Source: a virus (lineage: Duplodnaviria > Caudoviricetes). From it: a stretch of DNA of 37,918 nucleotides. The notes beneath the pieces are model-generated. The model ran no database searches. It was not told the origin of the DNA and saw nothing but the letters and a program-made list of their open reading frames with translations. Below, one piece after another: positions 7,354 to 16,837 of this stretch; the stretch's first letter is position 1, and the number at the start of each line of letters is the position of its first letter. Position numbers and translations under genes: made by a program. The stretch is taken from positions 1-37,918 of IMG/VR virus record IMGVR_UViG_3300049137_000066. The stretch is one strand, 5' to 3'.

Positions 7354-8796
7354 TCAGTACTCCCGGCCGGAGAGGCTGACCGTGATCGTGGCGTCATCCG
7401 CCGGCGTGAAAATCGCGTCGGCCTCCACGAGCACGCAGTACCGGGCGCAGGAGAGCAGGGGGAAGGTGAGCGGGCCGCCGTCCCGGCCGAACGCGTCCGG
7501 CGTGCCGGAGCTCCCGCCCGGGCAGTCCACGACGGCGCGGCCCACCTGGCCGTCCAGGGTCATGATGCCGCCGCGGGGCACGTAGCCGATCTCGTAGACG
7601 GCGGCGGGGTTGCAGCGCTCCAGGCTGGTGACCTCCTCGCACGTCATGCCCTCATGGGCGGCCGTCCGCTCGAAGAACGTCACGGTGACCCGGCGGAGCG
7701 TCTGGGAGCCCGCGCGGACCTCAATGATGGGGACCGCGCCGAACCAGCGCGGCCAGGTGGAGAGGTCCACCTCATACGCCTCGGAGTTGACCGCGATCGC
7801 CCGGCACCAGCACGTTTCCGGCGGCGGCGGAACGGGCGGGGTGGGCGTCGTGCAGCGGTCGTCCACGCAGCCGGCGTCCTCGTCCACGCACGGCGCCAGG
7901 CGGCAGGTGTCGCACGGCCGGTCCACCGGCTCGTCCGACCACACAACCCCGCACGTGGCCTCCCCCTCGGTGAACTCCACCGGCACAGCTGGAGGCGTAC
8001 AGGCCGCCTCGGTGAGCTCCAGGCACAACGGCTCCGGAGGCGGCGGCGTGTTCGGCGTGTGGACGCACCACACGATGCACCCGGTCCCGTCGTCCGTGGG
8101 CACGCCCACGTCGAGCACGGGCACCGGGTCACGCCAGTGCCACGGCGTGCCGGCGGTGAGGATGAACTCCACGGTGATGAGGTCCGCCCCGTTCTGGCAC
8201 CCGCCGGAGCCCGTGCAGCCGTCGCCCTGGCGCGCGATCGGCGTCGGCCCGGACACCAGGGTCACCCGGCGCAGCGTGCGCCGGTGAGCGGCCGCGAACG
8301 CCTCCGGATCCTCGAACGCCCCGGGGCAGCAGTCGTACAGGGTTAGGCAGTCCCCGGAGCAGCCGGCCCCGGCGCACCCCGCCAACGCCTCCCCGAGCCA
8401 CTTCAACCCGTAGTTGACGCCACAGCACGTGGACCCCAGGAGGACCCCGGTGACGGTGAGGGTGCGCGGCTGGACCCGGGCTGGGCCGATCGCCGCTCCA
8501 CCGGTCACGCCGGTGGTGACCTCCCGCCGCATGGGGTGGTCGTCCAAGCCGTCCACGGAGAGCACCATCAGCCCGGCGAACTCCCCGGAGGCGGGGATGT
8601 CCGGGTCGTACCACGGGGCGTCGTCCTCGGCCGGCGTCGTGTACGGCTCGTCCCCCACCAGCTCGGCGTCGAACGTCGGGCACCCGCAGACGTTGGGTGC
8701 GTCCAGCGGGCTCCCGATGGACTCCACGTACGCCTGGAGGCGGGCGTGGTTCGCGATCTCCGTCCCCGCCAGGTTGAGGTACCACTCCAACGCCAT
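7354..8796 (-). CDS. Distal-tail (Dit-like) minor tail protein, Cys-rich
   Basis: Immediately after TMP with a 1-nt overlap; YLNLAGTEIANHARL, DDAPWYDPD.P.S.EFAG and PRTLTVTGVL motifs; 28 Cys in 480 aa by my count. Confidence 0.75.
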   Translation of the reverse strand: MALEWYLNLAGTEIANHARLQAYVESIGSPLDAPNVCGCPTFDAELVGDEPYTTPAEDDAPWYDPDIPASGEFAGLMVLSVDGLDDHPMRREVTTGVTGGAAIGPARVQPRTLTVTGVLLGSTCCGVNYGLKWLGEALAGCAGAGCSGDCLTLYDCCPGAFEDPEAFAAAHRRTLRRVTLVSGPTPIARQGDGCTGSGGCQNGADLITVEFILTAGTPWHWRDPVPVLDVGVPTDDGTGCIVWCVHTPNTPPPPEPLCLELTEAACTPPAVPVEFTEGEATCGVVWSDEPVDRPCDTCRLAPCVDEDAGCVDDRCTTPTPPVPPPPETCWCRAIAVNSEAYEVDLSTWPRWFGAVPIIEVRAGSQTLRRVTVTFFERTAAHEGMTCEEVTSLERCNPAAVYEIGYVPRGGIMTLDGQVGRAVVDCPGGSSGTPDAFGRDGGPLTFPLLSCARYCVLVEADAIFTPADDATITVSLSGREY

Positions 8797-11700
8797 CAGA
8801 GCCCCGCCGCCGTGGTCAGCCGGTTGATAACCCGGGTTGCCGTCATGTGTGCGTCCCCGACCTCGTAGAGATTCCAGGTGTGGGTGTGGACCGTCTCCGA
8901 CTTCCGCCGGCCGTCCCCGTCCCCGCCGCGGCCCCCGAGGGCGCCGGCGCGGCCGAGCATGTCCACCAGGCCGGAGTCCTGCGCCAACTGCGCGGCGCGC
9001 TGAGGCCTGGTCAGGGGGATGATGACCTCCGGCCCGGCCTCACCCACCAGGCCCATGACCGGACTGGTGATGATGCCGCCGTTGGCGAACGGCAGGAGGC
9101 TCCGGACGCCGGCGGGTAGACCGCCCTTGATCTTGGACATGATCATGCCGCCCACGTCCCCAATGGCGCCCGCGATCCGGTTCGGCAGATCCTTGAAGAG
9201 GTTCACGACGCTGGTGATCAGCGAGGTCGCAGCCTCGCGCGCGCGGGTGCCAGCCGCCTTGATCTTTTCCCACAGCTTGGAGCCGAGGGAGGACAACGCC
9301 GCTCCCGCCCTCGTGGGGAGCTGGCGGAAGAAGGTCACCGTGGCGGTCACACCGGCCGAGGCCGCCGCCTTCGCCCGCGTCCAGGCGGAGGTGATCATCT
9401 GCCACAGGCGCGAGCCCAGCGACGACAGGGCCTGAGCGGCTTTCCCCGGGAGCTCCCGGAAGAAGGTGAGCGTTGCTTCGATCCCGGCCGGTACGGCCGT
9501 CTTTGCCCACTCCCACGCTGCGGTCAGCGCGTCCCAGAGCATCTGGCCGAGGGAGGCCAGGGCGTCAACGATCTTCCCTGGCAGCTCCGTGAACGTGAAG
9601 ATGATCCCGGCGAGCAGCGTGAGGAGGGCGATGCCGATAGCGGCGACCGCTGACGTGAACACCTCCAGCAGGAGGCCGGGGAGCAGGGACAGGGCGGTCA
9701 TGATCTTCTCGGGCAGGCCGGTGAAGAAATCCACCACCGACTGGAAGCCATCGGAGAGCCACGTACCGATGTCGGTGAACAGGTCGGTGAAGAAGTCCGA
9801 GATGCTGGTGCCCAGGTCACTCAGGGCGGTGCTGATCTTGGTCGGCAGCTCCGAGACCCACCGGAGGCCGTCTGCTGCCCCCGTGGCCAAGTCGCCAATC
9901 GCGGTCATCAGCCCCTTGACCACCGCAATGACGGGCTTGATCGCCAGCCACTTGAGGATGGCGAGCTGGAACTTCACGATCGGCACACCGATCTCGACCA
10001 ACTTCACCAGGAACGGACTCAACGCCTCGGCAAGGTCCGCGAGCGGCCCGATGGCCGGCACCATCGCCTTGACCAGGTTGTTGAACTCGTCCACGAGGTC
10101 CGGCAGGAGCGGCAGGAGTTCGTCGCTCATCTTCAAGACGACCGGGACCAGCGCCTCAGATACCCGGACCAGGGCATCAGTCAGATCGACCGCAGCCGGA
10201 GCCAGATCCTTCATCGCCTGGCCCAGTGCGTCACCCACGCCCGACGCGAGCGGGACGAACGCTGCGATCAGGTCAACAATCGCCTTGGTGAGGTCCGGCA
10301 GAATCGGCATGAGGGCGTCGGTCAACGCATCAATGAACGGCGCGAGCGCTTCGGCCGCGATCAGCAGCACCGGAGCCAGGGCCTCCGCCAGCATGGCCAC
10401 CAGTCCGCCCAGCAACGGCAGCAACGGCGCGAGCGCTTCGAGCGCAGCCCCCAGCGCCGCCCCGAGCGGGGTGAGCGAGGGACCGATAGCAGCGAGACCG
10501 TCCGCCAGGGCGACCGCCACGGTCTCCACACTCGGCGCGAGTGCCGCCAGGGCAGGGCCGAGGGAATCGATCAGGCTGACGATCGCCGGACCCAGCGCCG
10601 TGAACACCGGAGTCAACGCCGGCGCGATGGCACCGAGCTGCGTGACCAGCGCCGCGAAGATCGGGCCGAGCTGAGATGCGATCTCCCCAATCGTGGCGAA
10701 GACGTTCCCGACCGCCTCCTGGCCGGCCAGGCTGCTGATGAACTCGGAGACCGACTCTGTGATCGTCTGGAGGTTGTTGAGGAATCCGGCTCCGGAGGCG
10801 TTGCCCGCCTCGAACAAGCCGCTCAGGATGTCCCCGATGTTGCCCAGCACGTCCCCGAGCTGCGACAACGTCTGTAGGCCGGCGTTCACCTTCTCCACGG
10901 CCTCACCGGAGGCGGCCAGTGCGGAGAGCCACGTTCCGAACCTGGAACCGGCGCTCTCGATGGACGCCCCGATCCGCTCCCCGAACGCCGAGGAGACCGT
11001 GGCGGCGAGGTCCAGGAAGCCCGCGAGAACCGGCTGCATCGCGGACGTGAGCCCACTAAGGGCCTGTTGCGTGCTGACGATGACCGTGCCCAGCGCGTTG
11101 AACGCGTCCGGCGTCTGGAGGAACAGGAGGGCCTGTTGAGCTGCCCGCCCAAACTCCGCCGTCAAGTCCTGGAGGTTCCCGGACAGGGGCGCCAGGTTGC
11201 TGACCGCCTTGGCGGCGTCGTCCGCGAACTGCGCGAAGAACCCTTGCTGGAGGGACTGCTGGAGCTCCCGGAGCTGAGGGCCGAGGGGGCCGATGACTTC
11301 CCGGGCGGCCGGGGCCAACTTCTCCAGGTCCTTCGCGAATTTCTCCATGTCGCCGGAGATCGCGCTCCCGAGGACGTCCCCCACGCCCAGGAGGGCGAGC
11401 TTCAACGACTGGAGCGCGACCACGCCGCCGGCGAGAGCGGCGGGGAGGCCGGCCACGAGCCCGCCCAACGGGGCGAGCGCGGACGCGAGGCCGCCCACCG
11501 CCGAGGCTGCGCCGGCGGCCGCGATACCCACCGCGCCGAACGCCAGGAGCCCGGTGAGGGCCGACCCCACCCCCCTGGCGATCCCGCCGAGGGCGCGCAG
11601 GGCGCGGCCGAATCGGTCCGTGTCCGCGTTGACGTTGACCTCGACGTCCGGCGCCCGGTGCGCGCGGACCCGCTCGTCGAAGCCGGACATGTCCGGGTGG

Positions 11701-12410
11701 ACGGGGATGCGGATGGCCTCAATGTCGGAGAGCCCGGCCAGGAGCCGCGCCTCGAACTCCCGGAGGTCCGGGAAGATCGGGATGTTGATGCCGTCCAGGT
11801 CCCGGAGTCCGGCGAGGAGGCCGCGGTCAAAGCGGCGGAGGTCCGGCAACACCCGGATACGGAGCTCGAGGTCCCGGACCTCACGGCGTAGCTCCGTGGC
11901 GAACCCGGCCATGTTCGGCACGACCCGGAAAGGGAGCTCAACGCCCCGCACCGCGGCTCGTAGCGCGGCCGCGAACCGGGTGACGTTCGGCGTGACGCGG
12001 ACGGGGAGCTCCAGGCCCCGCACGGCGGCGCGTAGCGCGGTCTCGAACCCGGTCAGGTTCGGGCGGACCCGTACGTCCACGGCCTCCAGGCCCCGCAGGC
12101 CCGCACGCAGCGCGGTCTCGAACCGGGCCAGGTCCGGGGTGACGCGCAGTTCCACGGCCGCCAGGTCCCGGAGCTGGTTCCGTAGAGACCGCTCGAACCG
12201 GCGGAGGTCCGGCTCCACCCGGACGCTTACGGAGACGTTGCGGAGGCCGTCGCGGATGTTCCGCGCGATCGTGCGGCCGAGGTTGCGGGTGGCGCGGTCC
12301 AGCGCCCGCTCAATCCGCGCCCCGGTGGTCCGGGCGTCGGCCTCTGCCTCCGTGGAGTCCAGCTCAACACGGATACGGGCCGCGCCGTAGTCCAGCTCGT
12401 CCTCGGCCAC
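8796..12410 (-). CDS. Tape measure protein
   Basis: 1204 aa, Ala/Leu-rich amphipathic repeats, follows the chaperones, C-terminal FANGGII..VGEAGPEVIIPL motif. Confidence 0.95.
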   Translation of the reverse strand: MAEDELDYGAARIRVELDSTEAEADARTTGARIERALDRATRNLGRTIARNIRDGLRNVSVSVRVEPDLRRFERSLRNQLRDLAAVELRVTPDLARFETALRAGLRGLEAVDVRVRPNLTGFETALRAAVRGLELPVRVTPNVTRFAAALRAAVRGVELPFRVVPNMAGFATELRREVRDLELRIRVLPDLRRFDRGLLAGLRDLDGINIPIFPDLREFEARLLAGLSDIEAIRIPVHPDMSGFDERVRAHRAPDVEVNVNADTDRFGRALRALGGIARGVGSALTGLLAFGAVGIAAAGAASAVGGLASALAPLGGLVAGLPAALAGGVVALQSLKLALLGVGDVLGSAISGDMEKFAKDLEKLAPAAREVIGPLGPQLRELQQSLQQGFFAQFADDAAKAVSNLAPLSGNLQDLTAEFGRAAQQALLFLQTPDAFNALGTVIVSTQQALSGLTSAMQPVLAGFLDLAATVSSAFGERIGASIESAGSRFGTWLSALAASGEAVEKVNAGLQTLSQLGDVLGNIGDILSGLFEAGNASGAGFLNNLQTITESVSEFISSLAGQEAVGNVFATIGEIASQLGPIFAALVTQLGAIAPALTPVFTALGPAIVSLIDSLGPALAALAPSVETVAVALADGLAAIGPSLTPLGAALGAALEALAPLLPLLGGLVAMLAEALAPVLLIAAEALAPFIDALTDALMPILPDLTKAIVDLIAAFVPLASGVGDALGQAMKDLAPAAVDLTDALVRVSEALVPVVLKMSDELLPLLPDLVDEFNNLVKAMVPAIGPLADLAEALSPFLVKLVEIGVPIVKFQLAILKWLAIKPVIAVVKGLMTAIGDLATGAADGLRWVSELPTKISTALSDLGTSISDFFTDLFTDIGTWLSDGFQSVVDFFTGLPEKIMTALSLLPGLLLEVFTSAVAAIGIALLTLLAGIIFTFTELPGKIVDALASLGQMLWDALTAAWEWAKTAVPAGIEATLTFFRELPGKAAQALSSLGSRLWQMITSAWTRAKAAASAGVTATVTFFRQLPTRAGAALSSLGSKLWEKIKAAGTRAREAATSLITSVVNLFKDLPNRIAGAIGDVGGMIMSKIKGGLPAGVRSLLPFANGGIITSPVMGLVGEAGPEVIIPLTRPQRAAQLAQDSGLVDMLGRAGALGGRGGDGDGRRKSETVHTHTWNLYEVGDAHMTATRVINRLTTAAGL

Positions 12411-12439
12411 CGGGCAACCTCACGAAGTGCGTGATGGTC

Positions 12440-12521
12440 GCCCGGCCCATAACCAGACGGCGTGTGTGCCCGGCCCAGAACCAGACGGCGGCGGCCCACC
12501 TGGTGGGCCGCCTCCAGACTA
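12440..12521 (-). promoter_or_regulatory. Tandem leader motifs (12440-12456, 12468-12484), hairpin (12490-12512) and putative -10 TAGTCT (12516-12521)
   Basis: Two motif matches; perfect inverted repeat ggcggcccacc-t-ggtgggccgcc. Confidence 0.75.
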
Positions 12522-12525
12522 GCCG

Positions 12526-12918
12526 TTAGCGGCCTCCGGCCAGGCGGGCGTCCTCGGCCGCGAGCTGCGCCACGAGGGCCTGCGCCGCGCCCCGGGACAT
12601 GCCCTCCCCCATCGGCGCCGCCGGGCCAGGACGGGACCCACCGGGCGTCCCCGCGGCAGGCGGCGCGGCTCCCGGCCGGCGCGCACCACGGCGCACCACG
12701 GCACCACCAGGCGGGGCGTAGATCTTCGCCCGGATGCGGGCACGCTCGGCGTCATCCTCCGCCGCCGCATAGATCGCGGCCTCCGCCGCGTTGAGCAACC
12801 GGTCCAGCGTCCAGGAGTGGAGGTCTACCCCTTGGAGGGAGAGCTGCCCGTCCCACGCCGACCAGCCCTCGGCGACCGAGAGGAGGAGGCGGTGGACGGC
12901 CCAGTAGGGCGCGCGCCG
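12526..12918 (-). CDS. Tail assembly chaperone, second (frameshifted) segment
   Basis: The -1 frame relative to the 12825 gene is open from 12918: PYWAVHRLLLSVAEGWSAWDGQLSLQGVDLHSWTLDRLLNAAE.... No start codon until TTG 12798. Confidence 0.7.
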   Translation of the reverse strand, partial: RRAPYWAVHRLLLSVAEGWSAWDGQLSLQGVDLHSWTLDRLLNAAEAAIYAAAEDDAERARIRAKIYAPPGGAVVRRGARRPGAAPPAAGTPGGSRPGPAAPMGEGMSRGAAQALVAQLAAEDARLAGGR

Positions 12919-13364
12919 TCATTCCCCCCGTAGAGGGTGCCGACCCATTCCAGGATCTCCATGAGGGCGCGGAGCGGGAGCTGCACGGAGTCGTCCCGCA
13001 CCTCGGCCGTCTTCCCGAGCTCCGCCGCCGCCTCGGCGGCCCTGTCCGGGTCCTGGTACACCCCGTGCGCCTTGCCGCCCTTGACGACCACGTACCGGGA
13101 GAACACCTCTTGGGACTCCGGGAGGAGGACGCCGTGGAGGAACCGGCGGGACTCCCGGATGATGTTGCGCGCCACGGCGGGGTCCATGCCCTCACCGTCG
13201 CCCTTGAGGCCGCCGGAGATCCCCCGGTAAGCCTCCTGGAGCCGGACGTACCCCTCCAGGAAGGCATCGCCCATGACCTCCGGCTGGAACTTGAGCTCCA
13301 GGCCGTTCCCGAGCTCGGCCACGTGCGGCTCGGTGTTCAGCGTGAACGTCTTGCGCTGTCCCAC
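12825..13364 (-). CDS. Tail assembly chaperone, first segment
   Basis: Directly upstream of TMP; start GTG 13364 after GAAGGA; ends ..LYGGNDGARPTGPS... Confidence 0.8.
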   Translation of the reverse strand: MGQRKTFTLNTEPHVAELGNGLELKFQPEVMGDAFLEGYVRLQEAYRGISGGLKGDGEGMDPAVARNIIRESRRFLHGVLLPESQEVFSRYVVVKGGKAHGVYQDPDRAAEAAAELGKTAEVRDDSVQLPLRALMEILEWVGTLYGGNDGARPTGPSTASSSRSPRAGRRGTGSSPSKG

Positions 13365-13392
13365 TGTGTGTCCTTCGGTCCGCCGCGCTGCA

Positions 13393-13436
13393 GCCCGGCC
13401 CACAACCAGCGGCGCACGCGTCTGGGGGGAAGGGTA
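13393..13436 (-). promoter_or_regulatory. Leader motif copy (13393-13409) plus putative -10 TACCCT (13431-13436)
   Basis: Exact motif match. Confidence 0.75.
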
Positions 13437-13465
13437 GCGGGGCGAGCTGGGGACGGCAGACGGCA

Positions 13466-13538
13466 CGGAGGCCGCTCCCCGCCCTCCCGGCATGAGGGGC
13501 CCCCACCAGAGCGACGGGGTAAAGGGGAGCGGCCTCCG
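13466..13538. other. Structured intergenic element: perfect 15-bp inverted repeat enclosing two small hairpins
   Basis: cggaggccgctcccc (13466-13480) / ggggagcggcctccg (13524-13538); inner ccctc/gaggg and cccc/gggg stems. Confidence 0.7.
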
Positions 13539-13592
13539 CCGCTGCACTGATCAGCTCACACCAGGCTCGCAGACCCGGCGCGTGAGGGTCAA

Positions 13593-13970
13593 CTACCGGC
13601 CGAGCCGCAACGCCCTGCCCATGAAGTCATTCGCCCGTGTGCCCGGGTGGCGCACCACCTTCGCGAAGACGACGCCTCCGCCCACCTCGAACCGGAGAGC
13701 CTTCGCCCGCCGCGGCCGGATGATGTGCGGCCTCGTCCCCCGGAGGACGAAGTGGACTGCCGGGTGGTCGCATGTGATGACGCCCCGGAGACCGCGCGGG
13801 CCGGCCTCCACCCGCCAGTCCACATGCGCGCCCATGGAGCCCGGCGCCTCGGCGGCCGCGATGCTGGCCACCCGCCGCGTCTTCGCGCGGAGGCGCCGCT
13901 CCGCCACACCCCCGCGGCGGCGGAGAATTCGGGCGATGACGCCGGGGTCCACGGTCACGGACACGCTCAT
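13593..13970 (-). CDS. HK97 gp10-like tail completion/neck protein
   Basis: Basic 125-aa protein with FVLRGTRPHIIRPRRAKALRF..FAKVVRHPGTRANDFM motif. Start ATG 13970 overlaps the upstream stop (ATGA). Confidence 0.8.
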   Translation of the reverse strand: MSVSVTVDPGVIARILRRRGGVAERRLRAKTRRVASIAAAEAPGSMGAHVDWRVEAGPRGLRGVITCDHPAVHFVLRGTRPHIIRPRRAKALRFEVGGGVVFAKVVRHPGTRANDFMGRALRLGR

Positions 13971-14563
13971 GAGGTCCCCTCTCCCGGGCACGGGGCGCAG
14001 CCCGGTAGGCCCACGGTGACGCGCTGCTCCACGCCCACGCAACCGCCTTCCGGCCCGACGATCCGTTGGGCCCCGATGACGAAGCGGCGCGGCCGGCGCG
14101 GGTTGGGGCCGATGCCGGGGAGGCAGCACCACAACGCCGAGTAGATGGTGGCGGCATCCACGTGGAGGACGCGGGCGGCCTCGGCCTGTTCCTCGCAGGT
14201 GGGCGGGCACCCGTCCTCCGTGGGCACCGGGGCGCAGCGCAGGAGGGTGACCACCAGCTCCACGGCGGTGAGCGGCGCGGGCATACAGCCACGGACGCCC
14301 TGGACGGTCCGGTCCTCGGAGGGGAAGGCCTGGCCGGCGGGGAAGATCCGGGCGACGCTCACTGAAAGTTGGCCCGGCTCGCCGTCGCCGCAGTCCTCGG
14401 GGCCGCACCCGTCCCACGCCACGGTCCCGGGGACGACACAGGCGCGGCACGGGCACCCACGGGCGTCCGGGACGCCGTCCGTCACGGCGGCGTCCAGGGC
14501 GGCGCACACGCAGCCCAGCACGGCCTCCGTGAGGTCGTGGACGGAGTACGGGGTCAACGGCAT
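13967..14563 (-). CDS. Putative tail terminator/neck protein
   Basis: Neck position; VAWDGC..GQLSVSVARIFP..LLRCAP..GPEGGCVG pattern resembles cluster-B-like actinophage neck genes (recalled, not searched). Confidence 0.6.
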   Translation of the reverse strand: MPLTPYSVHDLTEAVLGCVCAALDAAVTDGVPDARGCPCRACVVPGTVAWDGCGPEDCGDGEPGQLSVSVARIFPAGQAFPSEDRTVQGVRGCMPAPLTAVELVVTLLRCAPVPTEDGCPPTCEEQAEAARVLHVDAATIYSALWCCLPGIGPNPRRPRRFVIGAQRIVGPEGGCVGVEQRVTVGLPGCAPCPGEGTS

Positions 14564-14576
14564 GAGCGCGGCCTCC

Positions 14577-15395
14577 TCATGGCCAGGTGGTGACGCGCGG
14601 GCGTCGGAAATCTGGTGAGTACACCCTGGAGGGGTAGCGCTGCCGGAAGGGATTGATGCTCATGAGCCACATGTCAGCTTCCGGTACGCCCGTGAGCCCT
14701 TCGGCGTACATGAGCGTCACGTCCTGGCGCTCGATCTCCACGCCCTGACGGGTCGTCCTGGTGACGTTCCGGTTAGCCCGGCACCCGCACGACCCGCCGC
14801 CCCCAGAACAACCACGGAGCAGGTGACAGGTGAGCGCCGAGACGGCGGCGATAGCGGCGGCGTCGAGCGGGAGGCCCCACCGGTAGGTCACCGTCAGGGT
14901 GCCCGGCGCGCCCTCGGGCTCGGCCATTTCCTGGCACGTCGGCCAGTGCTGACCGCCGAGGCGCACCAGGCGGCCCGGCGCGTCCACCCGGTACTCCACG
15001 CCGGGGATGAGGACCTGGCCGCCGTCGTTGACCTCCTGGACGTCGTACACCGGGCCGGGGAGGTAGATCTCCGAGAGCTCCCCGCAGGAGCACGCGCTCT
15101 TGCAGCTGCACAGGGAGGCGTTACGCCAGACTCCGCCGGCGTCGATGTAGGGCACCCACCCGCCCGTGGAGGCCCCGCTCACCGCCTGGAAGGAGATCGG
15201 GCCGGAGGAGTCCGCGCAGGAGCGGGAGCACGGCCTCACGGTTACCGGGCACGGGCCGTAGCGCATCCCGGACAGGTGCCAGAGGATCGTGGAGGCGACG
15301 CGCGTCCAGCGCTCCACCTCCTCCTCGGTGCGGTCCTCCGTGGAGCAGCACAGCTCCACCGGCCACGGCTCACACGGGCCGACCTGGAGCGTCAC
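14577..15395 (-). CDS. Head-to-tail adaptor
   Basis: ASTILWHLSG.RYGPCPVTVRPC..IYLPGPV..WPTCQ..VTY..G..RQGV..TGVPEADMWL..INP motif set; neck position. Confidence 0.75.
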   Translation of the reverse strand: MTLQVGPCEPWPVELCCSTEDRTEEEVERWTRVASTILWHLSGMRYGPCPVTVRPCSRSCADSSGPISFQAVSGASTGGWVPYIDAGGVWRNASLCSCKSACSCGELSEIYLPGPVYDVQEVNDGGQVLIPGVEYRVDAPGRLVRLGGQHWPTCQEMAEPEGAPGTLTVTYRWGLPLDAAAIAAVSALTCHLLRGCSGGGGSCGCRANRNVTRTTRQGVEIERQDVTLMYAEGLTGVPEADMWLMSINPFRQRYPSRVYSPDFRRPRVTTWP

Positions 15396-16102
15396 CGGCG
15401 TCCCCTCTCGTACGGGCCGGGCTCGCGGAAGCGGTCCCGGATGAACCGGCCCACGTGCCCGTGGGCGAAGCTGTCCGGCATGGTGGAGAGGAACCCGGCC
15501 TCCCGGTCGAACTCCGGCCGCCGGTGCAGGATCTTGACGTCCCTCATGCGCTCCCCGCCGATCCCCGCCAGGACCCCGAAGGCGGTCCGCTTGTGGAGGA
15601 CGTCCAGGTCGCGGCCCACCTCCAGCGCGGCGAGCATCCTCCGCTTCGTCACGGGGAGCGGTACGTGGAGCTCGTAGGAGACCGGGTCCGGGTGGCCGAG
15701 GGACACCAGGAGGTCCCGGGTCTCCCGCAGCCCTCGGAGGTAGGAGCCCGCCCCGCGTACGGCGTAGTACGCCTCCACCTCCCGGACCGGGCCCCGGTGG
15801 TAGACCGGCATGGCCCCCTCCACCGGCCTCATGACGAAGAAGTCGTCATTGGCCCACAGGAAGGTGTCCGTGATCTCCGGGTGTGCGCACGCCGCCCACA
15901 TGGCCGTGGTGGTGTTGGTGAACTTCGTCCGCCCGGCCTGGTGGATCGGGATGTGTTCCACGTCCCCCACCCACGGAGGCCGGCCGCCGATCAACCAGAC
16001 GCGCCGGTGCGGGAGGTTGGCCGCCCACGAGCGCAGCGCATACCGCAGCTGCTCGTTGGAGGCCCCCTCCCGCACCGGCACGACCAGGTCGAGCTCCGTC
16101 AT
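15392..16102 (-). CDS. Stealth-family-like glycosyl/hexose-phosphate transferase
   Basis: DLVVP..NEQLRYALRSW..P.W..FLWANDDFF resembles Stealth CR1/CR2 (ELRYSLRS...NDDFF); also YELHVP. Start ATG 16102. Confidence 0.7.
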   Translation of the reverse strand: MTELDLVVPVREGASNEQLRYALRSWAANLPHRRVWLIGGRPPWVGDVEHIPIHQAGRTKFTNTTTAMWAACAHPEITDTFLWANDDFFVMRPVEGAMPVYHRGPVREVEAYYAVRGAGSYLRGLRETRDLLVSLGHPDPVSYELHVPLPVTKRRMLAALEVGRDLDVLHKRTAFGVLAGIGGERMRDVKILHRRPEFDREAGFLSTMPDSFAHGHVGRFIRDRFREPGPYERGRR

Positions 16103-16104
16103 GG

Positions 16105-16806
16105 TCAGGACGCCTGGCAGAACTCGCCCGCAACCGGGAGGTACGTGGTGCTCGGCTCCGGCGGCGGGGTGGAGGTGAGGAAGGTCCGGCGGTGACAGGT
16201 CGGGCCCAGGGGCGTGAGCATCGGGCCCGGGGTGCCGGCGGCGTCCTGCGGCTGAACGTCGTACGGGCCGACGTCCCACTTCCCCCCGGCCTTCGTGGCG
16301 CCGGTGAGCTCGAGGTTCACGCCTTCCGCGCCGAGCTCCAGGTCCCCGATGATCCCGTTACTGAGCCAGGGCAGCAGGAAGTACACCCAGGAGCCTTCGG
16401 CGGTCTCGTCCTCACACACGTCCTCGCCCAGGACGTCCGTCCAGACTTCCAGCGCGAAGCCGGACTTGCAGGGGATCGAGCACGAGTCGAAGCCGATCGG
16501 CCGGCCCGCGTAGTCGAAGTACACCGGGCTGCCGGTCATGATCTCGATCAGCTCGGGACTGGCCTGGAAGAAGGTGAACGTGACGTCGAAGCCGTTGAGG
16601 GTCGGGCACCCCTTCTTGAAACCGCACTGCCTTCCGTTGGCGGCGGTGAAGGTGATGTCCTCGCCCTCCTCCACGTTGGCCTCCATGTTGACGGAGGCGA
16701 AGCAGTCGGTGACGTACGAGGAGTCCTCACCGCAGACGGGGCGGCCGCAGCCGTCCACCCGGGTAACCCGGACCGTCGCGGCATTGGAGATGAGCGGAGC
16801 TACCAC
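16105..16806 (-). CDS. Major tail protein
   Basis: RVTRVDGCGRP..EEGEDITFTAANGRQC..PELIEIMTG..FALEVW..YFLLPW..WDVGPYDV. Start revised to GTG 16806 after GGAGG. Confidence 0.8.
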   Translation of the reverse strand: MVAPLISNAATVRVTRVDGCGRPVCGEDSSYVTDCFASVNMEANVEEGEDITFTAANGRQCGFKKGCPTLNGFDVTFTFFQASPELIEIMTGSPVYFDYAGRPIGFDSCSIPCKSGFALEVWTDVLGEDVCEDETAEGSWVYFLLPWLSNGIIGDLELGAEGVNLELTGATKAGGKWDVGPYDVQPQDAAGTPGPMLTPLGPTCHRRTFLTSTPPPEPSTTYLPVAGEFCQAS

Positions 16807-16837
16807 GGAGGAGCCTCCAACAATGACCAGTTGGACG

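Noticed and set aside
12921-12930. GGGGGAA as the productive chaperone slippery site
   Set aside because: The -1 frame hits TGA immediately, and the +1 frame gives a low-complexity product that ends at 12752.
6269-16806. Contractile injection system or tailocin
   Set aside because: No sheath or baseplate wedge genes; capsid and protease genes are present; the layout is siphoviral.
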